Under the pieces are notes generated by a model. It was not told where the DNA came from and did not search any database. It saw nothing but the letters and a program-made list of their open reading frames with translations. The translations under genes were made by a program, and so were the position numbers. Shown here in pieces: positions 1 to 11,700 of a stretch of 64,000 nucleotides of DNA. Source of the DNA: Spirochaetia bacterium. GTDB taxonomy: Bacteria > Spirochaetota > Spirochaetia > DSM-16054 > Sediminispirochaetaceae. Position 1 is the first letter of the stretch. Each line of letters begins with the position of its first letter. The stretch is from assembly GCA_034520965.1 (NCBI GenBank), contig JAXHMY010000001.1, positions 512,001 through 576,000 of the forward strand, in the 5' to 3' direction.

Positions 1-168
1 TTTCTTTTTAATTTCGAAGCTGACCCCGCGAACGGCAACTACATTTCCGGTTTTTTCAAGTATTTCGGATCTCTCCAGTCCCTTTTCTATTAAAGGGAAG
101 GCCCTCTTCGGGTTCGGTCCAAAAATCTTAAACAGATTATCGACCTTAATTTTTACGTTATCATCCAT
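1..168 (-). CDS. N-terminus of glycine betaine/proline ABC transporter ATP-binding protein (ProV/OpuAA-like), truncated by window edge
   Basis: Not in ORF track. Manual translation from ATG at 168 gives MDDNVKIKVDNLFKIFGPNPKRAFPLIEKGLERSEILEKTGNVVAVRGVSFEIKKK, the characteristic ProV/OpuAA N-terminus; purine-rich RBS AGAGGG upstream. Confidence 0.8.
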   Translation of the reverse strand, partial: MDDNVKIKVDNLFKIFGPNPKRAFPLIEKGLERSEILEKTGNVVAVRGVSFEIKKK

Positions 169-523
169 ATTTATCCCTCTTACAATTACAACTCTATTAG
201 ATTCAATGTTTAATGCTCAAAATGTTTAACAAGTTGCTTTTAATAGTATTAAACTAAAAGGAAAAAGTCAAGTTATATCAATTTTCTAAGTTATTATATC
301 ATATAATTTTATTAAAATATATATTTTTTTTCTATAAATAAAGAAGTTGCATACGATATAATAGAACTATTTACTATTCTAAATAAGTTGCATATTGGAG
401 ATACAGGAATAGTAACAGAAGTAATGAAAGCACACGCAAAAAAGTGAAAAAAAAGAATACACTTTAGATTACAGTAGTTATTGTGCTACAATTTTTGCAA
501 TGTGGCACTTCAAGGAGGATCAA

Positions 524-1353
524 ATGAGCAACGGAAATCTACTCGGTCAAGACTGCACTTCACGGACCTATTATTACTGGGGAACAGACCTACCTGTTAA
601 AGGAGATATTGTCCTGGTTCACGGCTATGCAGAACACGCCGGAAGATATGCCGAGGCGGCAGAGCAATTGAACAGGGCAGGATTCAACGTGTGGGCTATG
701 GACCACTACGGTCACGGACTATCCGACGGCCGGAGGGCGGATGTAAAGGACTTTCGACTATATGCACAGGATTTGAAACTTTTTATACAAACTACCGTCA
801 AAGCACAGCAGCAACAGTCCCTGTTTGTGTATGGCCACAGTATGGGCGGAGCTGTCTCTCTGTTATATGCATTGGAACAACAGTCGGAACTAACCGGTCT
901 TATCTTATCCGGACCAATGGTCCGACCTGGTGCAGTGTCCAGCAAGCTCGAACGAAGGCTAGCCCATTTATTAAGAAAAATTGTACCGAACCTCCCATTT
1001 CGCCCCTTTTCCGCCGAGCTTTTATCCACGATCCTGAGGAGGTAGAGAAATATAAGCAGGATCCTCTCAATTATAACGGCAAGTTAAAGGTAAGGCTGGG
1101 CGATGAGTTCCTGCAAATGGAGGGATATCTTTCAGATATGGCTCTATCCCAACTCACCCTTCCGGTATTGCTGCTGCATGGCGGGGAGGATGCGGTAGTG
1201 CCCCCGGAAAACAGCAAGGTAGTGCTTGACCGGATAAATTCGACAGATAAAACAAGAATAGTATTTCCGGGCATGTACCACGAGATTCACAAAGAGGCTG
1301 ACCGTAAATCGGTATTCTCAACTGTCATTAAATGGCTAGAGGCCAGATGCTGA
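524..1353 (+). CDS. alpha/beta hydrolase, lysophospholipase/monoglyceride lipase family (one frameshift near 1030)
   Basis: VHGYAEH, DHYGHGLSDG and GHSMGG in ORF 500..1045; LLLHGGED and GMYHEI in ORF 691..1353; RBS AAGGAGG before ATG 524. Confidence 0.85.
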
Positions 1354-1376
1354 CGGCGATAAGGAACCAATAGATT

Positions 1377-3969
1377 TTACTTCTTTGAACTCTTTTGATT
1401 CTTTACTATTTTTCTCACTTCCTCGACCGTCAATTTGTCGATTTCTTCTTGTTCACGCTTCTCTTCGGGGAGAGATACATTTTTGGTACCGGCTTTAATG
1501 TAAGGGCCGTACTTGCCATTGTAGATGGCCAGCTTCTTGCCCAGCACCTCATCCTTTCCAAAGTCTCTCAGCACCCGTGAGTTACCTCTTCCCTTTTTCG
1601 GTGTTGCGAGTAATTTCAGAGCCTCATCCAGGGTGATGGAAAACAGCTCGTCCTCCGATTTAATGGAGCGAAACTCTCCATCATGCACCACAAAGGGGCC
1701 AAAGCGGCCTCGATTCGCGGCCACTTCCTTGCCGGTTTCCGGATGAGTCCCCAGGACCCGCGGAAGACTCAGCTGCTTTAGGGCATCTTCCAAGTTGGCT
1801 TCGCTCGGTTTAAGCCCTTTGTTGAGAGCAGCCCGTTTAGGCTTGGGATTTTCCTCGGTCACCTCTCCAAGCTGATAGTAGGGGCCGTAGCGACCGGTTA
1901 GACAATAAATAGCCTGGCCTGTCTTCGGATCATGCCCCAGGGGTTCCGGTCCGTTTTTCTGAATCTCGATTATCTCCCGCACTTCCTCTTCTGTAAGATC
2001 GGCAGGGGCAATATCCTCGGGAATCGAAGCATGAATTGGCCCGTTTTCATCATCCTTATAGACAATATACGGCCCGTATTTGCCTACTTTAATACCGTCT
2101 ACAATATTGATATGGGGCAGTTTAATGGTGCGGGTCTCATCGGGGGAAATTTCCTTCTCCCGCTGCTCTATCTTCTGCTGCAGCCCGTCCTTCCCGGAAT
2201 AAAAGGACTCCAGATATTCTAGACGGTCAACTTTTCCTATCGCGATATCATCCAGGGCAGCCTCCATAGCTGAGGTAAACCCGTACTCGATAAGATAATG
2301 AAAATGGTTTTCCAGCAGCTGTATAACTGCAAAACCGGTAAAAGTCGGCAATAGGGCGCTCCCCTGCTTGCGGACATACTCACGCTCAAATAGAGTATTT
2401 ATAATCGAGGCGTAGGTTGATGGCCGACCAATAGCCATATTCTCAAGAGCCCTTACCAAGGTAGCTTCAGTGTAACGGGCCGGAGCCTTTGTTTCGTGGT
2501 AGAGCTGCTGAATCTCAAGCAGATCAACAGTCTCCCCTTCTTCTAGGGGCGGCAGAAAGCTCTCTTTATCATCCAAGGCAGCCTCGGGGTCATCCTTACC
2601 CTCCACATACACCCGGATAAACCCGGGAAATTCTATGCGGGTACCCGTGGCGCTGCAGACCGTACGGCCGGCACTAATTTTAACTGTATTTGAAACCTTG
2701 CGAGCCTCCGCCATCTGGCTGGCAAGAGTACGCTTCCAGATTAATGCATACAGGGATTGCTCCTTCCCCGACAGACCGGTCTCATCCGGATGTTTAAATA
2801 CTTCCCCCGATGGCCGGATAGCTTCATGCGCTTCTTGCGCTGCTTTTGACTTTGTAGAATACTGGCGCGGCTGTTCAGCTAAATATTCTTCGCCGTAGAG
2901 CCGGCGTACCGCCTGTATAGCACCATTCACCCCCTCCTGGCTAAGGGCAGGAGAGTCGGTACGCATGTAGGTGATAAAGCCTTGCTCATACAGGCGCTGT
3001 GCGGTACGCATCGTCTCACGGGCGGATAAACGCAGCTTACGGTTGCCCTCCTGCTGCAAAGTTGAAGTAATAAAAGGAGGGGCAGGCCGATTTTTACTCT
3101 TTTTCTCGGTCAGCGATGAAACTTTCCACTCGGAAGCCTCGACTTCAGCTTTCAGCTCAGCCGCCGCCTTCTCGTCCAATACTACGACGTCTTTTTCAGG
3201 CAGTATTTTACCGGTCTCCGGATCAAAATCCTTTCCCGGCAACCCGCTTGCCGTCAACCGATTCCAGGGCAGCCTCAAAACTGTAGCCTGCCTCAGCACC
3301 GTTACCTTTAGCGTCCCCGCCGGCACCCTGCTTCTTCAGCTGTGCCTTCAGGTCCCAGTAGACCGATTTCTTAAATTTGATTCGCTCACGCTCACGTTCA
3401 ACAATTAAACGCAGTCCGGGGGACTGCACACGGCCAGCGGAAAGGCCGTAGGCAATTTTCTTCCAAATCAATGGAGAAAGGGTATACCCGTACAGACGGT
3501 CAAGAATACGGCGAGTTTCTTGGGCATTCACCAAATTAGTATCAATATCGCGCTCGTTTTCCAGTGCCTTTTGAATAGCTGTTTTTGTGATCTCGTGGAA
3601 CACCATCCGCTTTACCGGCACCTTCGGATCGAGCACCTTCACCAGATGCCATGAAATACTCTCCCCTTCGCGGTCTTCATCAGTTGCAAGCAGAAGCTGA
3701 TCTACATCTTTAAGCTTCTTTTTAAGCTCCCGAATGATCTTTCCCTTGCCCCGGGGTACAATATAAAGGGGCTTAAACCCGTTCTCTACATCAATACCAA
3801 GCCTGGCCCAGCCGGTCTTTTTTAGGTCCTTCGGGATATCGGACGCCGATTGCGGCAGGTCGCGGACGTGGCCTATACTCGCCTCCACGATGTAATTCTT
3901 GGGGAGAAAGCGTCTAATAGTACGCGCCTTTGTGGGCGATTCGACAATTACAAGTGCAGTGTGTTCCAT
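1377..3969 (-). CDS. topA: DNA topoisomerase I (frameshift near 3235)
   Basis: IVESPTKA Toprim motif, [24 protein letters not shown] active-site Tyr, GRPSTYAS, C-terminal GRYGPY repeats; two ORFs join at ~3235. Confidence 0.95.
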
Positions 3970-4065
3970 AGTAACCCATAACTATACCGATAGCGGGTAT
4001 TCTGTAAAGGGGCATTAGCAGCCTTTAAGTGGCCTTTATAAAAAAATGAGCCGAAATAGCCCTTT

Positions 4066-5127
4066 CTACCGGATAATACCGCCGCCAAGGACATTATCCC
4101 CCTCATAGAGCACCGCAGACTGGCCGGGGGTTATGATATGCGGTTCTTTTAACTCGATCAGAGTTGGCGAGCCGGGAGTAACCCTACAGGGAGTTTCTCC
4201 GGCATTGTAACGGACTCTCACGGTGGCCTCAAACCCCTCTGAAACGGGAATAAACCAATTACAGCGTTCGATACTAAAGCGGGTATCCCCCAACTCTTCC
4301 TTCCTCGCAACAACCACCTTGTTTTCGGCCGCGTTGAGCTTGGCTACATACCAGGGGCCGTCGGATAGGCCCAGACCCTGGCGCTGACCAATGGTGTAAT
4401 GCATATATCCGCGATGCTCTCCCAGAGGCCGTCCCTGCATATCTACAATCCGGCCGGGATTCTGGGTCACCTCGTTTTTAGTGTATTCTTCTATAAAATC
4501 TATATATTTTCCATCCACAAAGCAGACATCCTGACTCTCTTTTATGCTTGAACTGGGAAACTCGTGGGCATGGGCCAGTTCTACTACCTGGGGTTTGGTC
4601 ATGCCGCCTAAGGGAAAGTCACACAGAGGCAGTATGTCCGGATTAATGTGATAGAGCATATAGGACTGGTCTTTTGCAGTATCAATACCTTTCTGTAGAA
4701 GGGTTCTGCCGTTCTGCTTCTGTGTACGGACATAGTGGCCGGTTGCCATATGCAGCGGCTCTTCGGCCGACATGTGGCCCTGCTCTACCAGCAGGGTCTT
4801 GATTCGTTGTGGAAACAGCCCGAAGCGTACAAACTCATTACAGCGGACACAGGGATTTGGAGTTTTCCCATGACGATAGTTTTCTACAAAGTCGTCCACC
4901 ACAAATTTTTGAAATTCATCAACCAGGTTCAGGATATAAAAGGGAATTCCCAGCCGGTCACAAATCTCCCGAGCACGCTGCAGGGTCTCGGTATTGCAGC
5001 AGTTGGAATCTTCCCATATATAATGACTCACCCCAACCACCCGACTCCAGCGCTGGGTAAGCAGATGAGCAGCGACGCTTGAATCAACCCCGCCACTCAT
5101 ACCAATTGCAATTATTCCATCGTTCAT
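4066..5127 (-). CDS. mnmA: tRNA-specific 2-thiouridylase
   Basis: SGGVDSS, TPNPCVRCN, ATGHY, KDQSYML, ESQDVCF, TIGQRQGLG and TPGQSAVLY motifs. Confidence 0.95.
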   Translation of the reverse strand: MNDGIIAIGMSGGVDSSVAAHLLTQRWSRVVGVSHYIWEDSNCCNTETLQRAREICDRLGIPFYILNLVDEFQKFVVDDFVENYRHGKTPNPCVRCNEFVRFGLFPQRIKTLLVEQGHMSAEEPLHMATGHYVRTQKQNGRTLLQKGIDTAKDQSYMLYHINPDILPLCDFPLGGMTKPQVVELAHAHEFPSSSIKESQDVCFVDGKYIDFIEEYTKNEVTQNPGRIVDMQGRPLGEHRGYMHYTIGQRQGLGLSDGPWYVAKLNAAENKVVVARKEELGDTRFSIERCNWFIPVSEGFEATVRVRYNAGETPCRVTPGSPTLIELKEPHIITPGQSAVLYEGDNVLGGGIIR

Positions 5128-5159
5128 AGGGTAAATATAACCAAATTACTCAATTTTTG

Positions 5160-6209
5160 TTAACCGCTTTCACGGTAAATCATAAGAGGTTTTATAACTT
5201 TTTGCATGATCGGACGCATATCCCGGCTGTCGAGCATTTCAATCAACCGCTCACAGGCCAGTCGAGCGTGTTCTTCCCGGGGCTGGTGAACCGTTGTTAG
5301 TTTAGGACGAAAATAGCGGCCAAGCTCTGTATCATCATAACCTACCACCCGGATATCATCCGGAACCTTTACGCCTAGTTCACGCAGTGCTTCTATGGCA
5401 CCTAAAGCAACCAGGTCTGCTTCAGCGAAAATTCCGTCAAAGGAGGTCAGATTATTTTTTCGATCCATTATCGCCTGAAAACCGAAATCGAAGGCACAAT
5501 CACCGGCGACCACCAGTTGGGGGTCGTAGGCGATACCCGCCTCTTGCAGGGCTATTTTGTAGCCCTCGGTTCTCTCGTTAAACTGAATTTCATCGGAGTC
5601 CTCCCGCAAACAGAGGATAGAGCGACAGCCGCCGTCAAGCAGCACTTTAGTGGCCATACGTCCCCCTGTCACATGGTCGGTAAACAGATAATTCATCCAG
5701 CTGTAGTCGAAACTCCGCGGTTTGAAGTGCAGCACCACAAAGGGTATTCCCGATGTGCGGATAAACTCCCAGTCATCCACCGGTATCTCGGGATGAATCA
5801 CCAGCAGTCCGTCAATTTTTTTGCGGCTTATGAGTTTGCGAATGTTACTCTCGGCGGTATAGTGATTACGGGGAAAACTCCCAATACTATCCAGAGAAGC
5901 CTTTTCCAAGCCATGGCGCAGTCCTTGTACCAGAAGTCCCATGTAAAGTGAGTTTCCAAAGGTATCGTACAACTCGGGATATATAATTCCGATAGTACCG
6001 GTACGGCGGGTAGAGAGGCTCTGAGCACTGGAATTAAAGGCAAAATTAAGGTCATCCGCAATTTTTTTTATACGGTTTTTGGTCCTCTCAGAAATAAGAG
6101 GGCTATCATTTAAACTGCGGGATACTGTAGAATGACTTACGCCAGCGATACGGGCAATGTCCTTAATTGTTATAGTTTGCTTGTCGGTTTCATTTTGATT
6201 CATGCACAC
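5160..6209 (-). CDS. LacI family transcriptional regulator
   Basis: TIKDIARIAGVSHSTVSRSLN helix-turn-helix; sugar-binding domain ending VVGYDD...PKLTTVHQP; AGGAGG 9 nt before the GTG at 6209. Confidence 0.95.
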   Translation of the reverse strand: MCMNQNETDKQTITIKDIARIAGVSHSTVSRSLNDSPLISERTKNRIKKIADDLNFAFNSSAQSLSTRRTGTIGIIYPELYDTFGNSLYMGLLVQGLRHGLEKASLDSIGSFPRNHYTAESNIRKLISRKKIDGLLVIHPEIPVDDWEFIRTSGIPFVVLHFKPRSFDYSWMNYLFTDHVTGGRMATKVLLDGGCRSILCLREDSDEIQFNERTEGYKIALQEAGIAYDPQLVVAGDCAFDFGFQAIMDRKNNLTSFDGIFAEADLVALGAIEALRELGVKVPDDIRVVGYDDTELGRYFRPKLTTVHQPREEHARLACERLIEMLDSRDMRPIMQKVIKPLMIYRESG

Positions 6210-6216
6210 GGTTGCA
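6203..6216. promoter_or_regulatory. putative LacI-family operator TGCACACGGTTGCA (copy 1, overlaps regulator start codon)
   Basis: Exact 14-mer repeated at 6272, 11820 and 24038; lies downstream of minus-strand TTGACA (6251-6256) and TATACT (6229-6234). Confidence 0.8.
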
Positions 6217-6271
6217 TACCTCCTTTCCAGTATAGCTCTATTCTACATACTGTCAAGATAAAAAAATGCCT

Positions 6272-6285
6272 TGCACACGGTTGCA
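6272..6285. promoter_or_regulatory. putative LacI-family operator (copy 2, overlaps -35 of GH65 gene promoter)
   Basis: TGCACACGGTTGCA overlapping TTGCAC (6271-6276), 17 bp, TATACT (6294-6299). Confidence 0.8.
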
Positions 6286-6313
6286 TGAACTTTTATACTT
6301 TCCCTGTTCTACC

Positions 6314-6377
6314 AAGAAAATAGCCGGCCCCGGCTATTTTCGTCGTTTCGCTTGTTGCGAAGCGGCAGGCGAAACTA
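6314..6377 (+). repeat. 64-nt two-hairpin leader motif, copy 1
   Basis: AAGAAAATAGCCGgccCCGGCTATTTTCGTCGTTTCGcttgttgcgaaGCGGCAgGCGAAACTA; close homologues at 49262-49325 (-) and 63576-63639 (+). Confidence 0.85.
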
Positions 6378-6397
6378 TATTTGTATGGAGGCACGCC

Positions 6398-8752
6398 ATG
6401 AGCAGCCACGAAAGCCCTATCTATATTGAAAACGAATGGTCTATTAGCGAAAATCGATTCGATCCGGTACAGATAGTGACCACCGGAAGTAATTTTATGA
6501 CGGGAAACGGCTATTTAGGGTATCGGGGAACTTTTCCGGAATGGGAGGCCGATGAGTATGTAGGCTGTATCGTGAGCGACACGTATGATAATGCGGACGG
6601 TAAATGGAAGGAACTGTGTAATGTACCAAACGGACTCTACACCACACTGCAGCTTGGAGCAGCTCCGGTGCATCCCACTCGCAACCCCGAAGAGGTCTCG
6701 GATTACAGACTGTCCCTTAACTACCGCTACGGCCGTACTTCCGGGGGATATACCTGGAAACCACAAGAATCGGGCTTTCAGAAAGCTGCGGAGCTGCAAG
6801 TCTCTTTTGAAAGGTTCGCCTCTTACTCTTCACTGCATCTGCTTGCACAGCGTGTGAGAATTGCCGCGATAACCGGCGGGACCCTTACCCTCTCTACCGG
6901 AGTTGACGGACGAGTGTGGAGTCTAAACGGAGAACACCTTCGAGAGTGCTCAGCTTTTAATGAGAGTGATATAATCGGACTGAACTGTACCACAACTGAA
7001 AAAGGAATAGAGCTAGTGGTAGCCCAGGGAGTACGAATATACGGCGTAACTCCTAAGGAGAAAACGAGCCGAGAGCCAGTTTCACAGCCCCAAGAAAAGC
7101 GCCGAAACCTGCGGCAGCTGCAGTTTGAATTACAGGCCGGCGACGAACTGGTGATAGAGCAAATGATGACCGTCTTTTCCAGCAATGATACTAAAGACCC
7201 CTATACAGCAGCGATAGAATTGGCCCGGGAAGCTACCGAGAATGGCTACGAACGCGAGGCTGGTCAAAGTGCGCGTGTCTGGGATGCCCTATGGAATCGC
7301 TATTTTATTCATATCGACAGTACCGATACTACCCAAGCACTGCTGAATTACAATTTGTACCACAATATTATTGCTACCCCGGCCCATACCGATCATCTTC
7401 CAATCGGTGCCCGGGGTCTTTCCTGTCAGGCCTATCAAGGAGCAGCCTTCTGGGACCAGGAAATATTTAACCTACCGATGTACCTCTATACCTATCCAGA
7501 AGTCGCCCGAAACATACTTATATACCGCTACAAAACCCTGGACGGAGCCCGGCGGAAGGCCCAACGGCTTGGCTATGAAGGGGCTTACTACGCCTGGATT
7601 AGCGGCGACACGGGGGACGAACTTTGTCCGGACTACTTTTTTAAAGACGTCCTTACCGGCCGCAAAATCCGCAACCACTTTAATGACTGGCAAATTCATA
7701 TATCCCCGGATATTTCCTATGCCGTCCAGCACTACTACCAGGCCACGGGAGATTGGGAATTTATAAAAGACTACGGGGCGGAAATGTTGTTTGAAATTGC
7801 CAATTTTTTGGTATCCCACGCCTACTTTAAAAAGAACAAAGACCGGTACGAAATTATTCGTGTACTCGGTCCCGATGAATACCATGAAAATGCCGACAAC
7901 AACACCTTTACCAACTTCCAGGCGAAATGGGCTATAGGAACCGCTTTAGATGTGTATACCCGCTTATCCGCCGCGGATCCGCAAGTTCTACAACAGATAG
8001 CCCAACGCTCCCGCATAGATGCGGAACGGATAGAACTGTGGAAGGAGATGTATGAGTATATGTACATCCCCGCCCCCTTAGCCGACAGCAGTCTCATTGA
8101 GCAGTTCGACGGTTACTTTGGCCTGGAAGATATTATGCCGGATGCACTGGCAGAGCGATTGAAGGATCCCAACGAATACTGGGGCTGGCCAACCGGTATT
8201 GCCTACGAGACCCAGGTTATTAAACAGGCCGATGTAGTGCAGTTGTTCTGTCTCTACCCCGAAAGCTACTCCGTTGAAACCATGAGAAAGAACTACCGTT
8301 ATTACGAACCACGTACCCACCACCGATCATCTCTAAGCCCAGCGGTACACTCAATTGTAGCCGCTCGGATTGGGTTTTATGATCAGGCCTACAGCTACTT
8401 CCAAGAATCATTACGCATTGATCTGTTTAGTACAAACCCGCCGGCCAGCGGAGGTACATTCATTGGAGGAATCCATACGGCCGCCTGCGGGATTGCCTGG
8501 CAGATGGTAGTATTCGGATTTTCCGGAATTGTCTTTACGGACCAGGGAATTCTCTGCAAACCCCATGTACCGCAAGAGTGGAGCGGAGTACAGTTTAGCC
8601 TCCACTACCGCGGGCAGAGCTGCCTCGTCAGCATTACCGCCGATTCGGTGAAGCTTGATGCGGCCCCTTCCAATCAAAAGGCACTGCCCTTTCAGGTTCT
8701 AGAGGAGAAATACCGAGTGCAGCCCGGAGACTCAATTACCCACTCCCTTTAA
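6398..8752 (+). CDS. glycoside hydrolase family 65 alpha-glucoside phosphorylase
   Basis: GNGYLGYRG, ARGLS...FWDQEIF, catalytic GPDEYHE, KQADVV and HRSSLS motifs; GGAGG before ATG 6398. Confidence 0.9.
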   Translation: MSSHESPIYIENEWSISENRFDPVQIVTTGSNFMTGNGYLGYRGTFPEWEADEYVGCIVSDTYDNADGKWKELCNVPNGLYTTLQLGAAPVHPTRNPEEVSDYRLSLNYRYGRTSGGYTWKPQESGFQKAAELQVSFERFASYSSLHLLAQRVRIAAITGGTLTLSTGVDGRVWSLNGEHLRECSAFNESDIIGLNCTTTEKGIELVVAQGVRIYGVTPKEKTSREPVSQPQEKRRNLRQLQFELQAGDELVIEQMMTVFSSNDTKDPYTAAIELAREATENGYEREAGQSARVWDALWNRYFIHIDSTDTTQALLNYNLYHNIIATPAHTDHLPIGARGLSCQAYQGAAFWDQEIFNLPMYLYTYPEVARNILIYRYKTLDGARRKAQRLGYEGAYYAWISGDTGDELCPDYFFKDVLTGRKIRNHFNDWQIHISPDISYAVQHYYQATGDWEFIKDYGAEMLFEIANFLVSHAYFKKNKDRYEIIRVLGPDEYHENADNNTFTNFQAKWAIGTALDVYTRLSAADPQVLQQIAQRSRIDAERIELWKEMYEYMYIPAPLADSSLIEQFDGYFGLEDIMPDALAERLKDPNEYWGWPTGIAYETQVIKQADVVQLFCLYPESYSVETMRKNYRYYEPRTHHRSSLSPAVHSIVAARIGFYDQAYSYFQESLRIDLFSTNPPASGGTFIGGIHTAACGIAWQMVVFGFSGIVFTDQGILCKPHVPQEWSGVQFSLHYRGQSCLVSITADSVKLDAAPSNQKALPFQVLEEKYRVQPGDSITHSL

Positions 8753-8795
8753 ACACTCTATGGCCCCAGGTTCACCTTAGGCTTAATTGCCCGAC

Positions 8796-11700
8796 TTATC
8801 TAGCCTCGAAGCGCCCGTAAAATATCTCTCGAAGCTTTTCCAGCGTAAGCTCCTCGGTGGAGCTGCACTTCCAGTCGGCATTCATCAGATACTCTCCCAC
8901 GCCTACTGAAAAAATCCCGGCCCCGTTAATAGCATCTATCCCGGCCTGGGCATCTTCCACACCCACACAGTTGCGGCTTGGAACCTTCAGCAGCTCGGCG
9001 GCCATAAAAAACTGTTCCGGATCGGGCTTTCCCTTTTTCAACTGCCCAGGATCGGTTATTACATCGAACATATCCTCCACCTGCAGCTGCCGGACGATGG
9101 TACCTGCATTCCGGCTGGCAGAGGCCAGGGCGGCTTTTATACCCGCCGCTTTCAAATCTTTAAGAAGGGTATCGATACCCGGCAACAGATCCTCCGGGGT
9201 GATCTGCTGGATAAGTTTTTTATAGTACTCGTTTTTGCGGCTTGCTAAATGGACCTTCTCCTCTTCGCTAAAGCTGCGCTCCGGCACCTGCGACAGCAGC
9301 AGCTCTAAACTCTCCATCCGACCAACTCCCCGCAACTGGTGGTTGAACTCCCGGTCAAAGGAAATATCCAGCTCATCACAGAGCTTTTTCCAAGCCTGAT
9401 AATGGTACTCCGCAGAATCGGTGATAACTCCATCTAAATCAAAAATAACTGCTTCCATATCCGGGCGATGTGAGAACACCAGGGGCGAGCCGGCATACAC
9501 AGTATGTCTGTCCCCCTCATGCACAAGGGCAAGTGACTCACCCTCTTTTAAGGTATAGGCAACTTCATTATGGGTAATTGCCACTTCCAGAAGAGTATTC
9601 CGGATGTTCAAATTAAAGGTCAACCGGTTCCACTGGGTAGGCAAATGGGGATTGAAAGAAAGTTCTCCCTTGTAGTCACGCATTCCCGCAAAACCGTATA
9701 CGATACTTGTCCATGTGCCGGCCATTGCGGCGGTGTGCAGCCCATCCCGCACATTTCCGTTCACGTTATCCAGGTCGATTCGCGCAGTCCGGGTAAAGTA
9801 ATCGTAGGCCGCCTCATCGTAGCCCACCTCAGCGGCAACGACACTCTGCACGCAGGCGGAGAGAGAAGAATCGCCGGTGGTAAGCCGGTCGTAATAATCA
9901 AAATCACGTTTTTTTTCTGCGATACTAAAACGATCGCCCTGCAGCAGCAGAGCCAGCACGAGGTCAGCCTGCTTTAATATCTGATGTCGATAAATCACTA
10001 ATGGATGATAGTGCAGCAGCAAAGGACGCTTCTCATCCGGAATCTCGCCAAGGGGCCACACTTTCTTGTTCAGAAAGCTGTCATCTTGTGGATGAATCCC
10101 CAGGGGCTCATCATAGGGTAGATACATAAGCTCAGCAGCCCTGCCCCATTCATCCAGCTCTTCCTTTTTTAAACCCGTACGGTACACTACCTGCTCATGT
10201 GCAGCGCTATCTCTGTCATGCAGCATACGAAGCGCCTCTATAGCAAATTCCAAATTGTCCTTGGCCATTACGTTGGTGTAATAATTGTTGTTTACCAAGG
10301 CGGTATACTCATCCGGACCGGTCACTCCGTTGATACAAAAACTGCCGTCCTTTTGAGGGATATACTCGCCAAGATCGGCCCACAATCGGGCAGTTTCAAT
10401 TAAAATTTCCACCGCCCGGGACAAGAACTCTTCATTTCCACTTATTTGGAGATACTTCTTAATTCCATAGGCGATATCTGCATCGATGTGGTACTGGGCG
10501 GTTCCGGCAGGATAATAGGAAGAGGCTTCATGTCCATTGATAGTTCGCCAGGGAAAAAGCGCCCCGGTCTGGCTCAGTTCCTTCGCCCTTGATCTAGCCT
10601 GCTGCAGAATGCTGTAGCGGTACTCCAGGAGCGATTTGGCAATCTCCGGCTGGGTATAGGTAAACAGGGGCAGGACGTATATTTCGGTATCCCAAAAGAA
10701 GTGGCCCTCATACCCTTCTCCCGTCAAGCCTTTGGCGGGAATACTGGTGGTACCGTTTCGCCCTACCGACTGCAGCAAATGGAATAGGTTAAAGCGGATT
10801 CCCTGCTGCAAGGCTAGATCTCCATCGATTTTCACATCAGAATGGTCCCAAAAATAACTCAAATAACTAAACTGCTCGCTCACCAGGGCCTCGAAGCCAT
10901 CATTCGCCGCCGTTTTAAGTTCATTCCGCATTATTTCAATATTCCGAGCCTCTTCTGCTATACCGCGATACGAGTAGGAGAGAAACTTATCGCAGGTAAA
11001 ACTAGTGCCTTCCTCTAGATCCAGGGAAAACCGAATTCCTACTTCACTATGCTCGGAAACCGGCTCTATTAGATCCTGCGGGATATCGGGGCACAGGTGC
11101 ATTACTCCACAGGCCAGGGTAAGGTCCGACTGCCCGGTACGCGCAGCAAGTTCACCCATCTCTGTGGTGGAGCTGCCCTCGTTGTAGACCAATGCGTTTT
11201 TATCCAGATGAGCGCCTACCCGGGGGTCTTCTTCTGCGGCAAGATTAGTTACATTCCCATCGAGGGTACTGACAAAATTCAATCGACCACTGCCCCGGCT
11301 TAGAGTCACTTTGTAACGGATTGCAGCAATGTGACGACGTTCAAATGCAACCAGCCGGTCGCTTACAATATGCAAGATTTTTTCCTTGGGAGATTCCCAG
11401 AGAATCTCTCGCCGTAACACTCCCTCCCGCAGATCTATTTCACGCCGATAGCTGTGAATAGTGCCTGAAGTCAAATCGAACTGCTCATCGTCGATCCATA
11501 CTTCTATTTTTCTCCCATCGGCTACATTCAAAATTGTCTGTCCGTGCTCTGGGAAGCCGTAGGCCTTTTCACCGTAAATAATTGGACGGGACTCATAAAA
11601 CCCATTCAGATAGGTACCGCGGCACCACGCGTAGTTCATCTCCTCCAGGGTGCCGCGAACACCCAGATACCCATTGGCCAAAGCAAAGATTGATTCATTG

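Noticed and set aside
169..499. Very AT-rich stretch as replication origin or foreign DNA
   Set aside because: No DnaA-box cluster or repeats are evident; it fits a divergent promoter region.
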